Positions 26,270 through 35,195 of a stretch of DNA of 64,000 bases are shown here, one piece after another (within the stretch, counting starts at the first letter, position 1; each line of letters begins with the position of its first letter). Below the pieces are notes generated by a model. It was not told the DNA's origin. It did no database searches and saw nothing but the letters and a program-made list of their open reading frames with translations. Location of the stretch: positions 3,961 through 67,960 of the forward strand of contig CADCJX010000001.1 in assembly GCA_902801885.1 (NCBI GenBank). The letters run 5' to 3'. The position numbers were made by a program, and so were the translations under genes. This stretch comes from an uncultured Bacteroidia bacterium. GTDB lineage: Bacteria > Bacteroidota > Bacteroidia > Bacteroidales > UBA932.

Positions 26270-26971
26270 CTAACCAAGTATTTTCATAAGGACTTTATCG
26301 GGCACATCACCGCAAACATTCCGGACAGTGTCCTTGAGGAACTCCAGCGACTGGGCTGGAGTAAGCGATGACTTCAGTGTACGAGGTTTATAGCCGGGAA
26401 AAGGGAAATCCATCTCCTCGAACAAAGCTTCCGGCGTACAGAAACTGCTACGTTGCCAGCCGCTGTACCTGAGGTCTGCCCCACGGTACACCCTTGCTAT
26501 ATCTCCTGTGATGATGCGGGCCTGCATCTGGATCTTGGCGAGCAAGGCATCAGCCGCAGCCTTTTTCAGTCCCATCAGCTGACGTACATCTGACACGGAA
26601 ACGCTGCCGTGTTCTTCGATATAGTCAAGCACTTTCTTCTGGTCGGGAGAAGGTTTGTACTTGGGGAGTGAACGGCGCCAGTTTATGATTTCACGGTAGA
26701 CATCAACAGTTGCAAAAGCGGCCTTGCCGCCATAGAGGAATTTCCCGTATGCGACATCCCCGCTTTGGATGCATTCAATCTTCCAGTCCCATGGGCCAAG
26801 ATTCTCATCCGTAAACCACAGTTCCGGAGGAGTATGCTCCTCGATCGAGTATCCTGGAATGATGTTAACGAAGAAAGGAACAAGCTGAAACTCTTGAATA
26901 AGACTCAGCATCCCCTCCTGGTCGCGGACAACAGGAGTACGGAATTCTCTCTGCGCACGATCGATTGACAT
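26270..26971 (-). CDS. hypothetical protein, possibly YcaQ/AlkZ-related winged-helix family
   Basis: 233 aa with coding-like composition. The family call rests on weak recollection of ..LVPFF.N.IPGYSIEE..WFTDE..GPWDWK.. patterns. The start is set at MSIDRAQ. Confidence 0.45.
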   Translation of the reverse strand: MSIDRAQREFRTPVVRDQEGMLSLIQEFQLVPFFVNIIPGYSIEEHTPPELWFTDENLGPWDWKIECIQSGDVAYGKFLYGGKAAFATVDVYREIINWRRSLPKYKPSPDQKKVLDYIEEHGSVSVSDVRQLMGLKKAAADALLAKIQMQARIITGDIARVYRGADLRYSGWQRSSFCTPEALFEEMDFPFPGYKPRTLKSSLTPAQSLEFLKDTVRNVCGDVPDKVLMKILG

Positions 26972-27024
26972 GATAATGCAAATATACTTCATAATCAAGC
27001 AAAAAGTACGATATTTGTCACATT

Positions 27025-27678
27025 ATGATCCAGTACATTGTTGACGCTTTCACGGACACGCTCTTTGCCGGTAATCCGGCGGCAGTGCTCCCCTGCCGGC
27101 AGATGCCCTCCCCAGAAATGATGCAGGCAATCGCCATCGAGAACAATTACTCAGAGACTGCCTTTGTAGTTAAACGCGGTCCTGCCGAATATGACCTGAA
27201 ATGGTACACTCCTGGTGGCGAGGTCGAGCTATGTGGCCATGCCACCCTGGCAACCTCTTTCGTGCTGCACCACTTCATCGAATCGGATGCGGAAGAGTTG
27301 CATTTCCACACCTTGAGCGGGGAGCTCATCGTCCGACCAGGTGCTGACGGTTATACTATGGTTTTCCCCGTAGGGCAATACAAGTCAGTCCCTGTCACGG
27401 AGAAGATACTCGCAGCGACCAACGGGCTCGCCAGGGAAGCCTGGTATGAGAGCGGAGACATGATGGTCCTCATCGAATCAGAAGAGGATCTGGCCAATCT
27501 GGTTCCCGATTATGAAGCCATGCGCCTGATCGATAGCCGGGGCCTCATCATTACGGCACGTTCCAAGGAATATGATTTCGTCTCGCGCTGCTTCTATCCC
27601 AAGCTGAATGTCCCTGAAGATCCTGTCACCGGCAACGCAGTATTGTTTATGCGCGGAGATATTCCCTTTGATTTATAA
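27025..27678 (+). CDS. PhzF family isomerase-like protein, apparently shortened by an in-frame internal deletion
   Basis: MIQYIVDAFTDTLFAGNPAAV..NYSETAFV..ELCGHATLA..PEDPVTGNA is followed directly by VLFMRGDI... It is 217 aa, against roughly 260-300 aa for family members such as E. coli YddE. Confidence 0.7.
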   Translation: MIQYIVDAFTDTLFAGNPAAVLPCRQMPSPEMMQAIAIENNYSETAFVVKRGPAEYDLKWYTPGGEVELCGHATLATSFVLHHFIESDAEELHFHTLSGELIVRPGADGYTMVFPVGQYKSVPVTEKILAATNGLAREAWYESGDMMVLIESEEDLANLVPDYEAMRLIDSRGLIITARSKEYDFVSRCFYPKLNVPEDPVTGNAVLFMRGDIPFDL

Positions 27679-27692
27679 TCACCTTGCCTGGC

Positions 27693-28187
27693 ATGAAGGA
27701 TTTTGCTGCTATTGATTTCGAGACGGCGAATGAATGCCCCAGCAGTGTCTGCAGCGTTGGGATCGTCGTTGTCCGGGATGGCAGAATTGAAGACAGGTTC
27801 TACAGCCTGATACACCCTGAGCCGGATTATTACCAATGGTTCTGTCGGAAAGTGCATGGCTTGGGACCGGAAGATACAGAAGATGCTCCTGTTTTCCCTT
27901 ACGTCTGGGAAAGAGTCGAGCCTCTGGTAGAGGGACTGCCGCTTGTCGCTCACAACAGTCCATTCGATGAAGGTTGTCTCAAACAAGTGTTCAAAGTTTA
28001 CCAGATGGACTACCCGGACTACGAATTCCACGACACGCTGCTGGCTTCAAGACGATTATTTGGCAGAAAATTGCCCAACCACCAGCTCCAGACTGTCGCA
28101 GCAGCCTGCGGATACGATCTCACACGCCACCATCATGCCCTGGCCGACGCAGAAGCATGCGCTTACATTGCCATGAAAATACTATGA
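27693..28187 (+). CDS. DEDDh 3'-5' exonuclease (DnaQ/epsilon-like domain)
   Basis: Exo motifs are present: FAAIDFETAN, VAHNSPFDEGCL, HHALADAEACA. Confidence 0.85.
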   Translation: MKDFAAIDFETANECPSSVCSVGIVVVRDGRIEDRFYSLIHPEPDYYQWFCRKVHGLGPEDTEDAPVFPYVWERVEPLVEGLPLVAHNSPFDEGCLKQVFKVYQMDYPDYEFHDTLLASRRLFGRKLPNHQLQTVAAACGYDLTRHHHALADAEACAYIAMKIL

Positions 28188-29093
28188 CCGGATTTCAGGC
28201 GTGTCCTTTGCCATCTTGCTTGGTGCCACTCCGTATTCCTTCTTGAACATCCTGGTGAAATGCTGAGGATATTCAAATCCGAGGGTTTCGGACACTTCCG
28301 AGACTCTATATCCATCCTCTAGCATGACCCTGGCTTTATCCATCAGGAAATGGCGTATGTACTGGGTGGCACTTTCGCCGGTTCTGACCCGCATCAGGTC
28401 CCCGAAATAATTGGGCGATATGAACAGTTCACCTGCGCAATACCGGACCGATGGGATTCCTGACTCCAAGTGCTTGCCTTCAGCGTAGTAACGCTCCAGT
28501 ACGGAATCTACCTTGTGTACAAATTCTTCTCCCACGACATCGTATCCTTCGAACTGCCGTTCGTAGAAACGTGCTGCCAGTTCCATCAACAAAGAAAGGT
28601 AGGAAATGACGATAGCACGGAGATGACTGTCGTTTGGAAACTCTTCCAATTCCTTACGTATCGCAGCGAAACAACGCTCCAGGCGTGCCCACTCGTCCGC
28701 ACTCAACTTAAGTGCCTCATTGCTGTAATATGAGAAGTAATGATAATCCTTGATGCGACGTTCCAGATGTGTACCTGCGAGGATATCAGGATGGAAAAGC
28801 ATGGCCCAGCCCTTGATGTGGATGATCTCGCCATCATCCGTCACCCCTCCTTGCTGACCTGGAGCGACGCACATAAGTGAGCCGGATTCAAAACGATAGT
28901 TTCCTCCTCCATAAGAAATGCTATAAGGACTTTCCTTCATCAGGAAAAAGCCATAGACACCATACTCGCTCAAAGCATGACGGCATTGCTCCAGTTCGTC
29001 ATAATGGATGACACTGACAAGCGGATGCAATTCCGGGGCTCCCACATAATGGGCGTAATCATTGACATTGATAACTTTCAGCACCTTTTCCAC
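28182..29093 (-). CDS. AraC family transcriptional regulator (paralog of 15720-16625)
   Basis: The N-terminus is GAPELHPLVSVIHYDE. The C-terminus reads ..NYFGDLMRVRTGESATQYIRHFLMDKARVML..LGFEYPQHFTRMFKKEYGVAPSKM. Confidence 0.9.
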   Translation of the reverse strand: MEKVLKVINVNDYAHYVGAPELHPLVSVIHYDELEQCRHALSEYGVYGFFLMKESPYSISYGGGNYRFESGSLMCVAPGQQGGVTDDGEIIHIKGWAMLFHPDILAGTHLERRIKDYHYFSYYSNEALKLSADEWARLERCFAAIRKELEEFPNDSHLRAIVISYLSLLMELAARFYERQFEGYDVVGEEFVHKVDSVLERYYAEGKHLESGIPSVRYCAGELFISPNYFGDLMRVRTGESATQYIRHFLMDKARVMLEDGYRVSEVSETLGFEYPQHFTRMFKKEYGVAPSKMAKDTPEIRS

Positions 29094-29210
29094 AATGCTA
29101 ATTTACGAATAAAACGCAAGATTCCGTAAAAATGGTAAGCGAATCCGTAAAACAGTTAATTCCCTTACGGCATAAAAGTCCGAATTTTGCATGTAAGAAT
29201 ATACCATCAT

Positions 29211-30177
29211 ATGAAAGAGACTAAAATAGCACTTGGGACCTGGGCATGGGGAGCAGGGATGTTTGGCGGAGATACTGTCTTCGGCAGCAATACTGATGAG
29301 AACAACTTGAAGCCTGTATTTTACGCAGCAATGCAGGCCGGTCTGAACCTTTGCAATGCAGGCCGGTCTGAACCTTTGGGATTCTGCGACGGCCTACGGC
29401 ATGGGCGAATCTGAAAGGATACTTGGCCATCTGGCGGCTGCCTACAAACGCGAGGATGTCCTGATTTCGACTAAATTCACCCCTCAGCTGGCAGAAGTCT
29501 ACGACAACAGTGTAACCAAGATGGCCGAGGCATCGCTTGAGCGCATGGGGCTCGATTATATCGACATGTACTGGATCCACAATCCAATGGATGTGGAGCG
29601 CTGGACTCCTGGACTTATCCCCCTGCTTGAATCAGGGAAGGTGCGTAAAGTAGGAGTGTCGAACCACAACATCAAGGAGATCCGCAGGGCCAATGAAATC
29701 CTCGGAGAAGCCGGGTTCAAGGTATCGGCCGTCCAGAACCATTTCAGCCTGCTCTACCGTTCCTCAGAAAAAGGCGGTGTCCTGGACTACTGCAAGGATA
29801 ACGGCATCCAGTTCTGGGCTTACATGGTGCTGGAACAAGGAGCTCTTTCTGGAAAATACAATGTTGGGAATCCCCTTCCGGCAGACAGTGACCGCGGCAA
29901 GAAATACAATCCGGTACTCGGTCAACTGACAGCTCTCACCGACGCAATGAAGGAAATCGGTGCCAGATACGGCATATCCTGCTCGCAGGTTGGCATAGCA
30001 TGGGCCCTTTCCAAAGGTACGATGCCGATTATCGGCGCCACCAAGGAACGTCACGTGCTGGAAGCGGCACAGGTCATGGATACCATCCTTACATCAGAAG
30101 AAATCTCACGCCTCGAATCACTCGCAGATGCAGCAGGCATCGACACCCGCGGAGACTGGGAACACACGATGGAATAA
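29211..30177 (+). pseudogene. aldo/keto reductase disrupted by a 25-bp tandem duplication
   Basis: The frame from 29211 reads MKETKIALGTWAWG..KPVFYAAMQAGLNL and is then shifted. The frame from 29356 reads MQAGLNLWDSATAYGMGESERILG.. through to the end of a normal AKR. Removing one repeat copy restores one continuous ~314 aa ORF. Confidence 0.85.
29328..29377 (+). repeat. perfect 25-bp tandem direct duplication (2 copies of gcaatgcaggccggtctgaaccttt)
   Basis: Copy 1 (29328-29352) and copy 2 (29353-29377) are identical by direct reading. Confidence 0.95.
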
Positions 30178-30179
30178 TA

Positions 30180-31514
30180 ATGAGAAGAATATCCAGCATC
30201 ATAGCTCTTATGAGTGTTTGCATAATCGGCAATGCGCAAGTCGACGTGCATAGCCACATGATTCCTGATTCCTACATGGAGGCTGTAAAAGCCCGCGGCA
30301 TGGAGATGGACGAAGGATTCCCCATACCATCCTGGAGTGCCGAAGCGCACTTGAAGTTCATGGACGAGGCCGGAATCAAGACGTCAGTGCTCACGATGCC
30401 TGCCCCTCAACCATATTTCGGCGACGGGGCCGAGTCAGCCGCCATCTGCCGGAAATTCAACGAGGAAGCAGCTGCCCTGAAAGCCTTGCATCCCGGACGT
30501 TTCCTCTTCTGCGCAGCCCTTCCGTTGCCAGATGTCGGAAAGGCTTTGGAAGAGGCAAGATATGCCTTGGAAGTCCTAAAGGCTGATGGAGTCAAGCTTG
30601 CCTCCAACTGTTACGGGCAGTATCTGGGAGATCCTGAACTGGACCCTCTGATGGCATATCTTAACAGCCGGAAGGCCGTTGTCATCACTCATCCGCACAA
30701 ACCGTCGGCGGTTAATGACAACCTGATTGCAGCCGTTCCGCTGGCCTCCTATGAATATCTGGCCGAGACCACCAGGGCCATTCTGAACATGGTAGCGCAC
30801 GACGTGCTGGTCCGGTACCCAGACTTGAAGGTCGTGGTCCCCCACTGTGGATCCTTCCTCCCGAATGCCCTCCCACGATTCAAGGGACTTATGCCAGTGA
30901 TGGTGAAGCAGGGATACATGCAGCCCGTAGACGTGGATGCCAATATCTCAAATTTGTATTTTGACCTGGCCGGTGCAGCAACGGATGATGTCATTGAATC
31001 GCTGCTTAAGATCACTGAGCCTTCCCACATATTGTATGGTTCCGACTATCCATACGTCGCCGCTCAGGCACTTACCGTAGCAAAGAGGTCTTTGGAATCC
31101 CGTCTGGCCGCCCACGGTCTGGCCCCGCAGGATATCCTGTCCAATAATGCCGCACGCTTGTTCGGGGCAGATATTCCTGTGCGTGAATATGGCGAAAGGG
31201 TCGTCCGTCTGGCAGAAATCGAGGTGTACCGGGATAAACTTGAGGAATACCTTGGCTTTGCGAAGGAAGTCGGGATGGTATCCATGGCGACAGAGCCGGG
31301 AGTCATCGGCTTGTTCTCAATGCAGGACAAGACAGACCCTTGCAAGGTCTATATCCTCGAAGTCTACGCAGACAAGGCAGCCTATCAGGCCCATCTACAA
31401 ACCGCACATTTCAAGAAATACAAGGAAGGGACAGCCAGCATGGTCAAGTCTCTCAACCTGATTGACACCAATCCTTTAGTTACAGCAACACTGAATAAAA
31501 CCGCAATACAATGA
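30180..31514 (+). CDS. exported amidohydrolase (Amidohydro_2/ACMSD-like) - ABM domain fusion
   Basis: The signal peptide MRRISSIIALMSVCIIGNAQ is followed by the VDVHSHMIP metal motif ..ITHPHKP..VVPHCGSF..GSDYPY. The C-terminal ~95 aa, VVRLAEIEVYRDKLEEYL..VYILEVYADKAAYQAHLQTAHFKKY, is ABM-like. The start is set at 30180. Confidence 0.8.
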   Translation: MRRISSIIALMSVCIIGNAQVDVHSHMIPDSYMEAVKARGMEMDEGFPIPSWSAEAHLKFMDEAGIKTSVLTMPAPQPYFGDGAESAAICRKFNEEAAALKALHPGRFLFCAALPLPDVGKALEEARYALEVLKADGVKLASNCYGQYLGDPELDPLMAYLNSRKAVVITHPHKPSAVNDNLIAAVPLASYEYLAETTRAILNMVAHDVLVRYPDLKVVVPHCGSFLPNALPRFKGLMPVMVKQGYMQPVDVDANISNLYFDLAGAATDDVIESLLKITEPSHILYGSDYPYVAAQALTVAKRSLESRLAAHGLAPQDILSNNAARLFGADIPVREYGERVVRLAEIEVYRDKLEEYLGFAKEVGMVSMATEPGVIGLFSMQDKTDPCKVYILEVYADKAAYQAHLQTAHFKKYKEGTASMVKSLNLIDTNPLVTATLNKTAIQ

Positions 31515-32068
31515 AAAAGATCATTCTCGTCATCTCAATCATGGCAATAGCCCTCACCGCCTGCGGGCAGAACAACAACAAAAAGACAAACAAAGACATG
31601 AAGACGCTGGTAGCCTATTTTTCCGCTACGGGCACTACAGAAGCCGTGGCTAAAGACCTCGCTTCCGTAACCGGCGGAACACTCTATGAAATCAAACCGG
31701 AAGTTAAATATACCAAAGAGGACCTCGACTGGACAGTCAAGACTTCAAGGAGTACTGTGGAAATGCAGGACCGCAATTCCCGCCCGGCCATCATAAAAGA
31801 TCTCAAGAACGCAGACAGTTATGACACCGTCTACATCGGTTTCCCGGTCTGGTGGTACACAGCTCCCACCATCATCAACACTTTCATTGAAGCCTATGGT
31901 TTCAAGGGCAAGACAGTCATATTCTTTGCAACTTCCGGAGGCAGCAGCATCGACAAGGCCAATGATGAATTCAAAGCTAAGTATCCTGACATCAAATGGA
32001 AGGCAGGCAAGACCCTTAACCAAGCCTCAAAGGCTGACATCAAGTCCTGGGTTGATAGTTTAAAATAA
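31511..32068 (+). CDS. flavodoxin-like lipoprotein
   Basis: The lipobox is IALTACGQ. The body reads LVAYFSATGTTEAVA..DTVYIGFPVWWYTAP..FATSGGS. Confidence 0.8.
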   Translation: MKKIILVISIMAIALTACGQNNNKKTNKDMKTLVAYFSATGTTEAVAKDLASVTGGTLYEIKPEVKYTKEDLDWTVKTSRSTVEMQDRNSRPAIIKDLKNADSYDTVYIGFPVWWYTAPTIINTFIEAYGFKGKTVIFFATSGGSSIDKANDEFKAKYPDIKWKAGKTLNQASKADIKSWVDSLK

Positions 32069-32072
32069 GGAT

Positions 32073-33176
32073 ATGTTCAAAAGGATTCTATTCCTGGCAG
32101 CCATGCTGCCATGCATGATAATGAACGCACAGAATATGGAAAACATTCTTTCTCCACGTCGGCAGGGTCTTGCCGTCATCGCAGCCCTGGAAGCAAAAGG
32201 CGACCAGGCCGGGCTTGAAACGGCCATCGCCGAGGCACTGGACAATGGCTTGACAGTCAGTGAAGCCAAGGAAGCCCTCTCACAGCTATACGCCTACACC
32301 GGATTTCCTCGTTCACTCAACGCACTGGGAACACTGCAAAGGGTCCTACAGCAGAGGAAAGAGGCTGGGATCCACGACAATCCCGGTAAGGAGGCTGATG
32401 CGCTTCCCAAAGATTATGATGCATTGAAACAGGGAACAGCTGTCCAGACACAGCTCACAGGAAAGCCTTTCAACTATAGTTTCGTCCCGGCAACCGACTA
32501 TTACCTGAAGGCACACCTCTTTGGGGACATCTTCGCCCGTAACAACCTCAGCTTTGCCGACCGCGAAATCGTTACGGTAAGTGCCATCTCGGCCTTGCCC
32601 GGATGTGAACCGCAACTGATAGCGCATGTATCCGGCGCAAGGAACATGGGAGTCAAAGATGCTGAACTTCGTGCGCTTCCCGCCCTGTTGGAAGAAAAAG
32701 TCGGACTGGCCGAGGCAGAACGCCTCCGCGGAGCATTACAGTCCGTCCTTGGTGACTCTAATGCCAGTGTCCAAACGGTAGACTTCTCCGTATGGCCGAA
32801 AGGACAGCCCAACACAGCCTACGCCCAGTATTTCACAGGCAACAGCTATCTTGCCCCGATGGATGGTGGCATTGCTAACGTAACCTTCGAACCAAGGTGC
32901 CGCAACAACTGGCATATCCACCACAAGCAGGTCCAAGTCCTCATCTGCGTAGCCGGCCGCGGCTGGTATCAGGAATGGGGAAAGCCTGCGGTGCAGCTAG
33001 TCCCCGGCACAGTTATAGAGATTCCGGAAGGGGTCAAGCACTGGCATGGTGCTGCGGCAGACAGCTGGATGCAGCATCTGACTTATCATAAGGATGTACA
33101 GGAAGGAGCCTCAAACGAATGGCTGGAGCCTGTTTCTGACAAGCAGTACGAAGAGGCAAACAATCTCCGTCCCTAG
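32073..33176 (+). CDS. exported carboxymuconolactone decarboxylase (CMD/AhpD-like) - cupin fusion
   Basis: A signal peptide precedes two CMD-like repeats (..EAKEALSQLYAYTGFPRSLNAL.., ..FADREIVTVSAISALPGCEPQLIAHV..). The cupin C-half reads ANVTFEPRCRNNWHIHHKQVQVLICVAGRGWYQEWGK..GVKHWHGA and is a paralog of 14100-14400. Confidence 0.8.
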   Translation: MFKRILFLAAMLPCMIMNAQNMENILSPRRQGLAVIAALEAKGDQAGLETAIAEALDNGLTVSEAKEALSQLYAYTGFPRSLNALGTLQRVLQQRKEAGIHDNPGKEADALPKDYDALKQGTAVQTQLTGKPFNYSFVPATDYYLKAHLFGDIFARNNLSFADREIVTVSAISALPGCEPQLIAHVSGARNMGVKDAELRALPALLEEKVGLAEAERLRGALQSVLGDSNASVQTVDFSVWPKGQPNTAYAQYFTGNSYLAPMDGGIANVTFEPRCRNNWHIHHKQVQVLICVAGRGWYQEWGKPAVQLVPGTVIEIPEGVKHWHGAAADSWMQHLTYHKDVQEGASNEWLEPVSDKQYEEANNLRP

Positions 33177-35128
33177 AGCCTCAGTATGGTGCCGAGCTTC
33201 AACCAGATGCCAGGCTGCGGTATATTCCCGTGGTCGAAATAGACGGCATTTAGCAGGTTGTCAGCTTCAAGGTAGACATTCCATTTACCACCGTCCCATG
33301 ATGCCTTGGCATCCACGAGGGAGTATGGGTGGTATGTCCTCAGGACTCCGGTACCTTTTCCACCAATGTACTCCTCAAAACTGCCCACACGATCGTGCCA
33401 CCGGTAGGAAAGGTTGATGTCCAGACACTTAAGCACGTTGAAATCTGCCTGGATGACAACTTTGCTGCGAAGGTACTCCAGAGCATAGTAGGACTGTATG
33501 CCCTCATCCGCCTTCTTGTCCTGATGCGTGTAAGCATAGCTTGCCGAAATAGACCTCAAGGGGAAGTCCGCCCTGCCGAGCAGGATTGCAGGCTCGGCCC
33601 GCGCGGTGAGCTCCCCGCCAAGGGATACTATCCGTGCATGGTTGACTGACTGCCAAGGCGAATCAGGGACGGAAGGATCACGGATCCAGTCTATCAGGTC
33701 CCGGCCATCCAGATAATACAGTCCGCCGACTATCCTGATACCGTTCGAAAGGTACTTGACTCCGGTCTCAAGTGACTGCATCTTCTCGGCCTTAAGGTTC
33801 TTGTCTGCCTTATAACCACCGACCGAATAGTAGAGTTCCGTAAAAGATGGCATGCGGAGCGAACTGTTATAGGAAGCATACCATTTTAAATTGGGCGAGA
33901 TCCGGTAACTAGCGTCTGCACCGGGATAGATCCTGAATCCTTCCCCACCCATGGTATTACGGGAAACGTTAGCTCCCCCGGAGAACGAAAAACGTGAAAG
34001 GATTATGTTGTGTTCCAGGAAAATACCCATATCCGTGCGGTTCAGCCCGACCTTGTAGAAGGCATCCTCTCCCCTCACCTTCCTGGACTCACTCAAGGGC
34101 TCGCCAAGATTGGTACTGACAATGTCTTCATTACGTACTTCCACTCCAAACACAGTCTTGCCGAAAGCGCTTTCGAACCAACTGTCAAGATTGATTCCTA
34201 ATACATTGGTCCTGTGATAATTGTAGGGATATACATCAGGCCGGGAACGAAATAGTTCAAAACGGTCCCTTCCGTGGTTCCAGTAGATCCGCGGACGTAT
34301 ATGCAAAGCTCCGGAGGACTGTCCCTGCAATGCAAGGAAGGTCTTGGCTGTATGTTCGAACTGGTCGTCGAAGCGTGGGGAATAGAATGTTCCGGAACCG
34401 AAATCCTTGACTGACGCCCCGGCATGCCAGTTCAACTTGAAATCCTTGATGTCGGTATCACCTTTATAGAAAGCCTTCAATGTCCTGAAATCAGTGTTCA
34501 GTCCTCCTGATGAGTTCCTCGTGTAGCCATCGCTTCGGGAGTACCCTGCCGAAACGGAATGGCGGGCTCGCCGCCCGGCTTCCCTAAGGGACAGAGATGC
34601 TGAAGCAAGTCCATGCGAGCCACCCTCCAAACGTGCTTCAATACCGTCCCTTGAAGGTTTGCGTGTAACGATATTAATGGCTCCAAGCAAGGACGAAGTC
34701 CCATAGGTACGTCCTGCAGGTCCCTCCAGGATCTCGATCCGCTCGATTTCAGAGACTGGCACTGGGAAATCGGCTGAGTTATGTCCGGTCTGTGGGTCGG
34801 CGATACTCACTCCGTCAAGAAGGACAGCGATCTGTTCGCAAGTTCCGCCCCGCAGGCTTATGTCTGTCTGTACACCTTCGGGCCCCCTCTGGCGTACATC
34901 CACACCCACTGCAAACTTCAGCAGGTCATTTATGTTGGTTGCTGGAATGGAAGAAATGGCAAGGCTGTCCAGTACTGTGACCATCCTGGCGCTCTGGCCA
35001 AGGAATGCGGGAAGACGGCTTGCGGTGACGACAACACCCTCGAGCTTTTCATTGATTTCCTGCGCCTGGCAGGGCCCTCCGGCTAAAAAAGCCATGGAGG
35101 CAAAGAGAATAAGTGAAGATTTTTTCAT
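33173..35128 (-). CDS. TonB-dependent receptor (small, ~650 aa)
   Basis: A signal peptide is followed by a plug (..VVVTASR..INDLLKFAVGVDVRQRGPEGVQTDISLRGG..), a long beta-barrel and a C-terminal ..LGTILRL. The start is set at MKKSSL (35128). Confidence 0.85.
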   Translation of the reverse strand: MKKSSLILFASMAFLAGGPCQAQEINEKLEGVVVTASRLPAFLGQSARMVTVLDSLAISSIPATNINDLLKFAVGVDVRQRGPEGVQTDISLRGGTCEQIAVLLDGVSIADPQTGHNSADFPVPVSEIERIEILEGPAGRTYGTSSLLGAINIVTRKPSRDGIEARLEGGSHGLASASLSLREAGRRARHSVSAGYSRSDGYTRNSSGGLNTDFRTLKAFYKGDTDIKDFKLNWHAGASVKDFGSGTFYSPRFDDQFEHTAKTFLALQGQSSGALHIRPRIYWNHGRDRFELFRSRPDVYPYNYHRTNVLGINLDSWFESAFGKTVFGVEVRNEDIVSTNLGEPLSESRKVRGEDAFYKVGLNRTDMGIFLEHNIILSRFSFSGGANVSRNTMGGEGFRIYPGADASYRISPNLKWYASYNSSLRMPSFTELYYSVGGYKADKNLKAEKMQSLETGVKYLSNGIRIVGGLYYLDGRDLIDWIRDPSVPDSPWQSVNHARIVSLGGELTARAEPAILLGRADFPLRSISASYAYTHQDKKADEGIQSYYALEYLRSKVVIQADFNVLKCLDINLSYRWHDRVGSFEEYIGGKGTGVLRTYHPYSLVDAKASWDGGKWNVYLEADNLLNAVYFDHGNIPQPGIWLKLGTILRL

Positions 35129-35137
35129 TAGCGGCTG

Positions 35138-35145
35138 CAAAGGTA
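35138..35145 (-). promoter_or_regulatory. -7 promoter box (TACCTTTG on minus strand) for the TonB-dependent receptor
   Basis: The plus-strand caaaggta sits 10 nt upstream of the ATG at 35128. Confidence 0.4.
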
Positions 35146-35167
35146 AAAAAATAACACAGTTTTTTAA

Positions 35168-35175
35168 TAGATTTG
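35168..35175 (+). promoter_or_regulatory. -7 promoter box TAGATTTG
   Basis: It sits 21 nt upstream of the ATG at 35196 and is divergent from the receptor promoter. Confidence 0.4.
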
Positions 35176-35195
35176 CAATAAGATATCATGAAGCC

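Noticed and set aside
34860-35195. Long N-terminal extensions in the ORF track. This example is 34860-36038; others are 30000-31514, 61547-62755, 19296-19991, 11972-12946, 25080-25646 and 37856-38398.
   Set aside because: The extensions overlap neighbouring genes or promoter boxes and translate to non-protein-like sequence. Internal ATGs followed by signal peptides or lipoboxes, or by conserved N-termini, and preceded by TAnnTTTG boxes, give sensible starts.
35129-35195. A possible riboswitch (for example cobalamin or TPP) upstream of the small TonB-dependent receptor.
   Set aside because: The divergent intergenic region is only ~67 nt and is occupied by two -7 promoter boxes. That is too short for a riboswitch aptamer.
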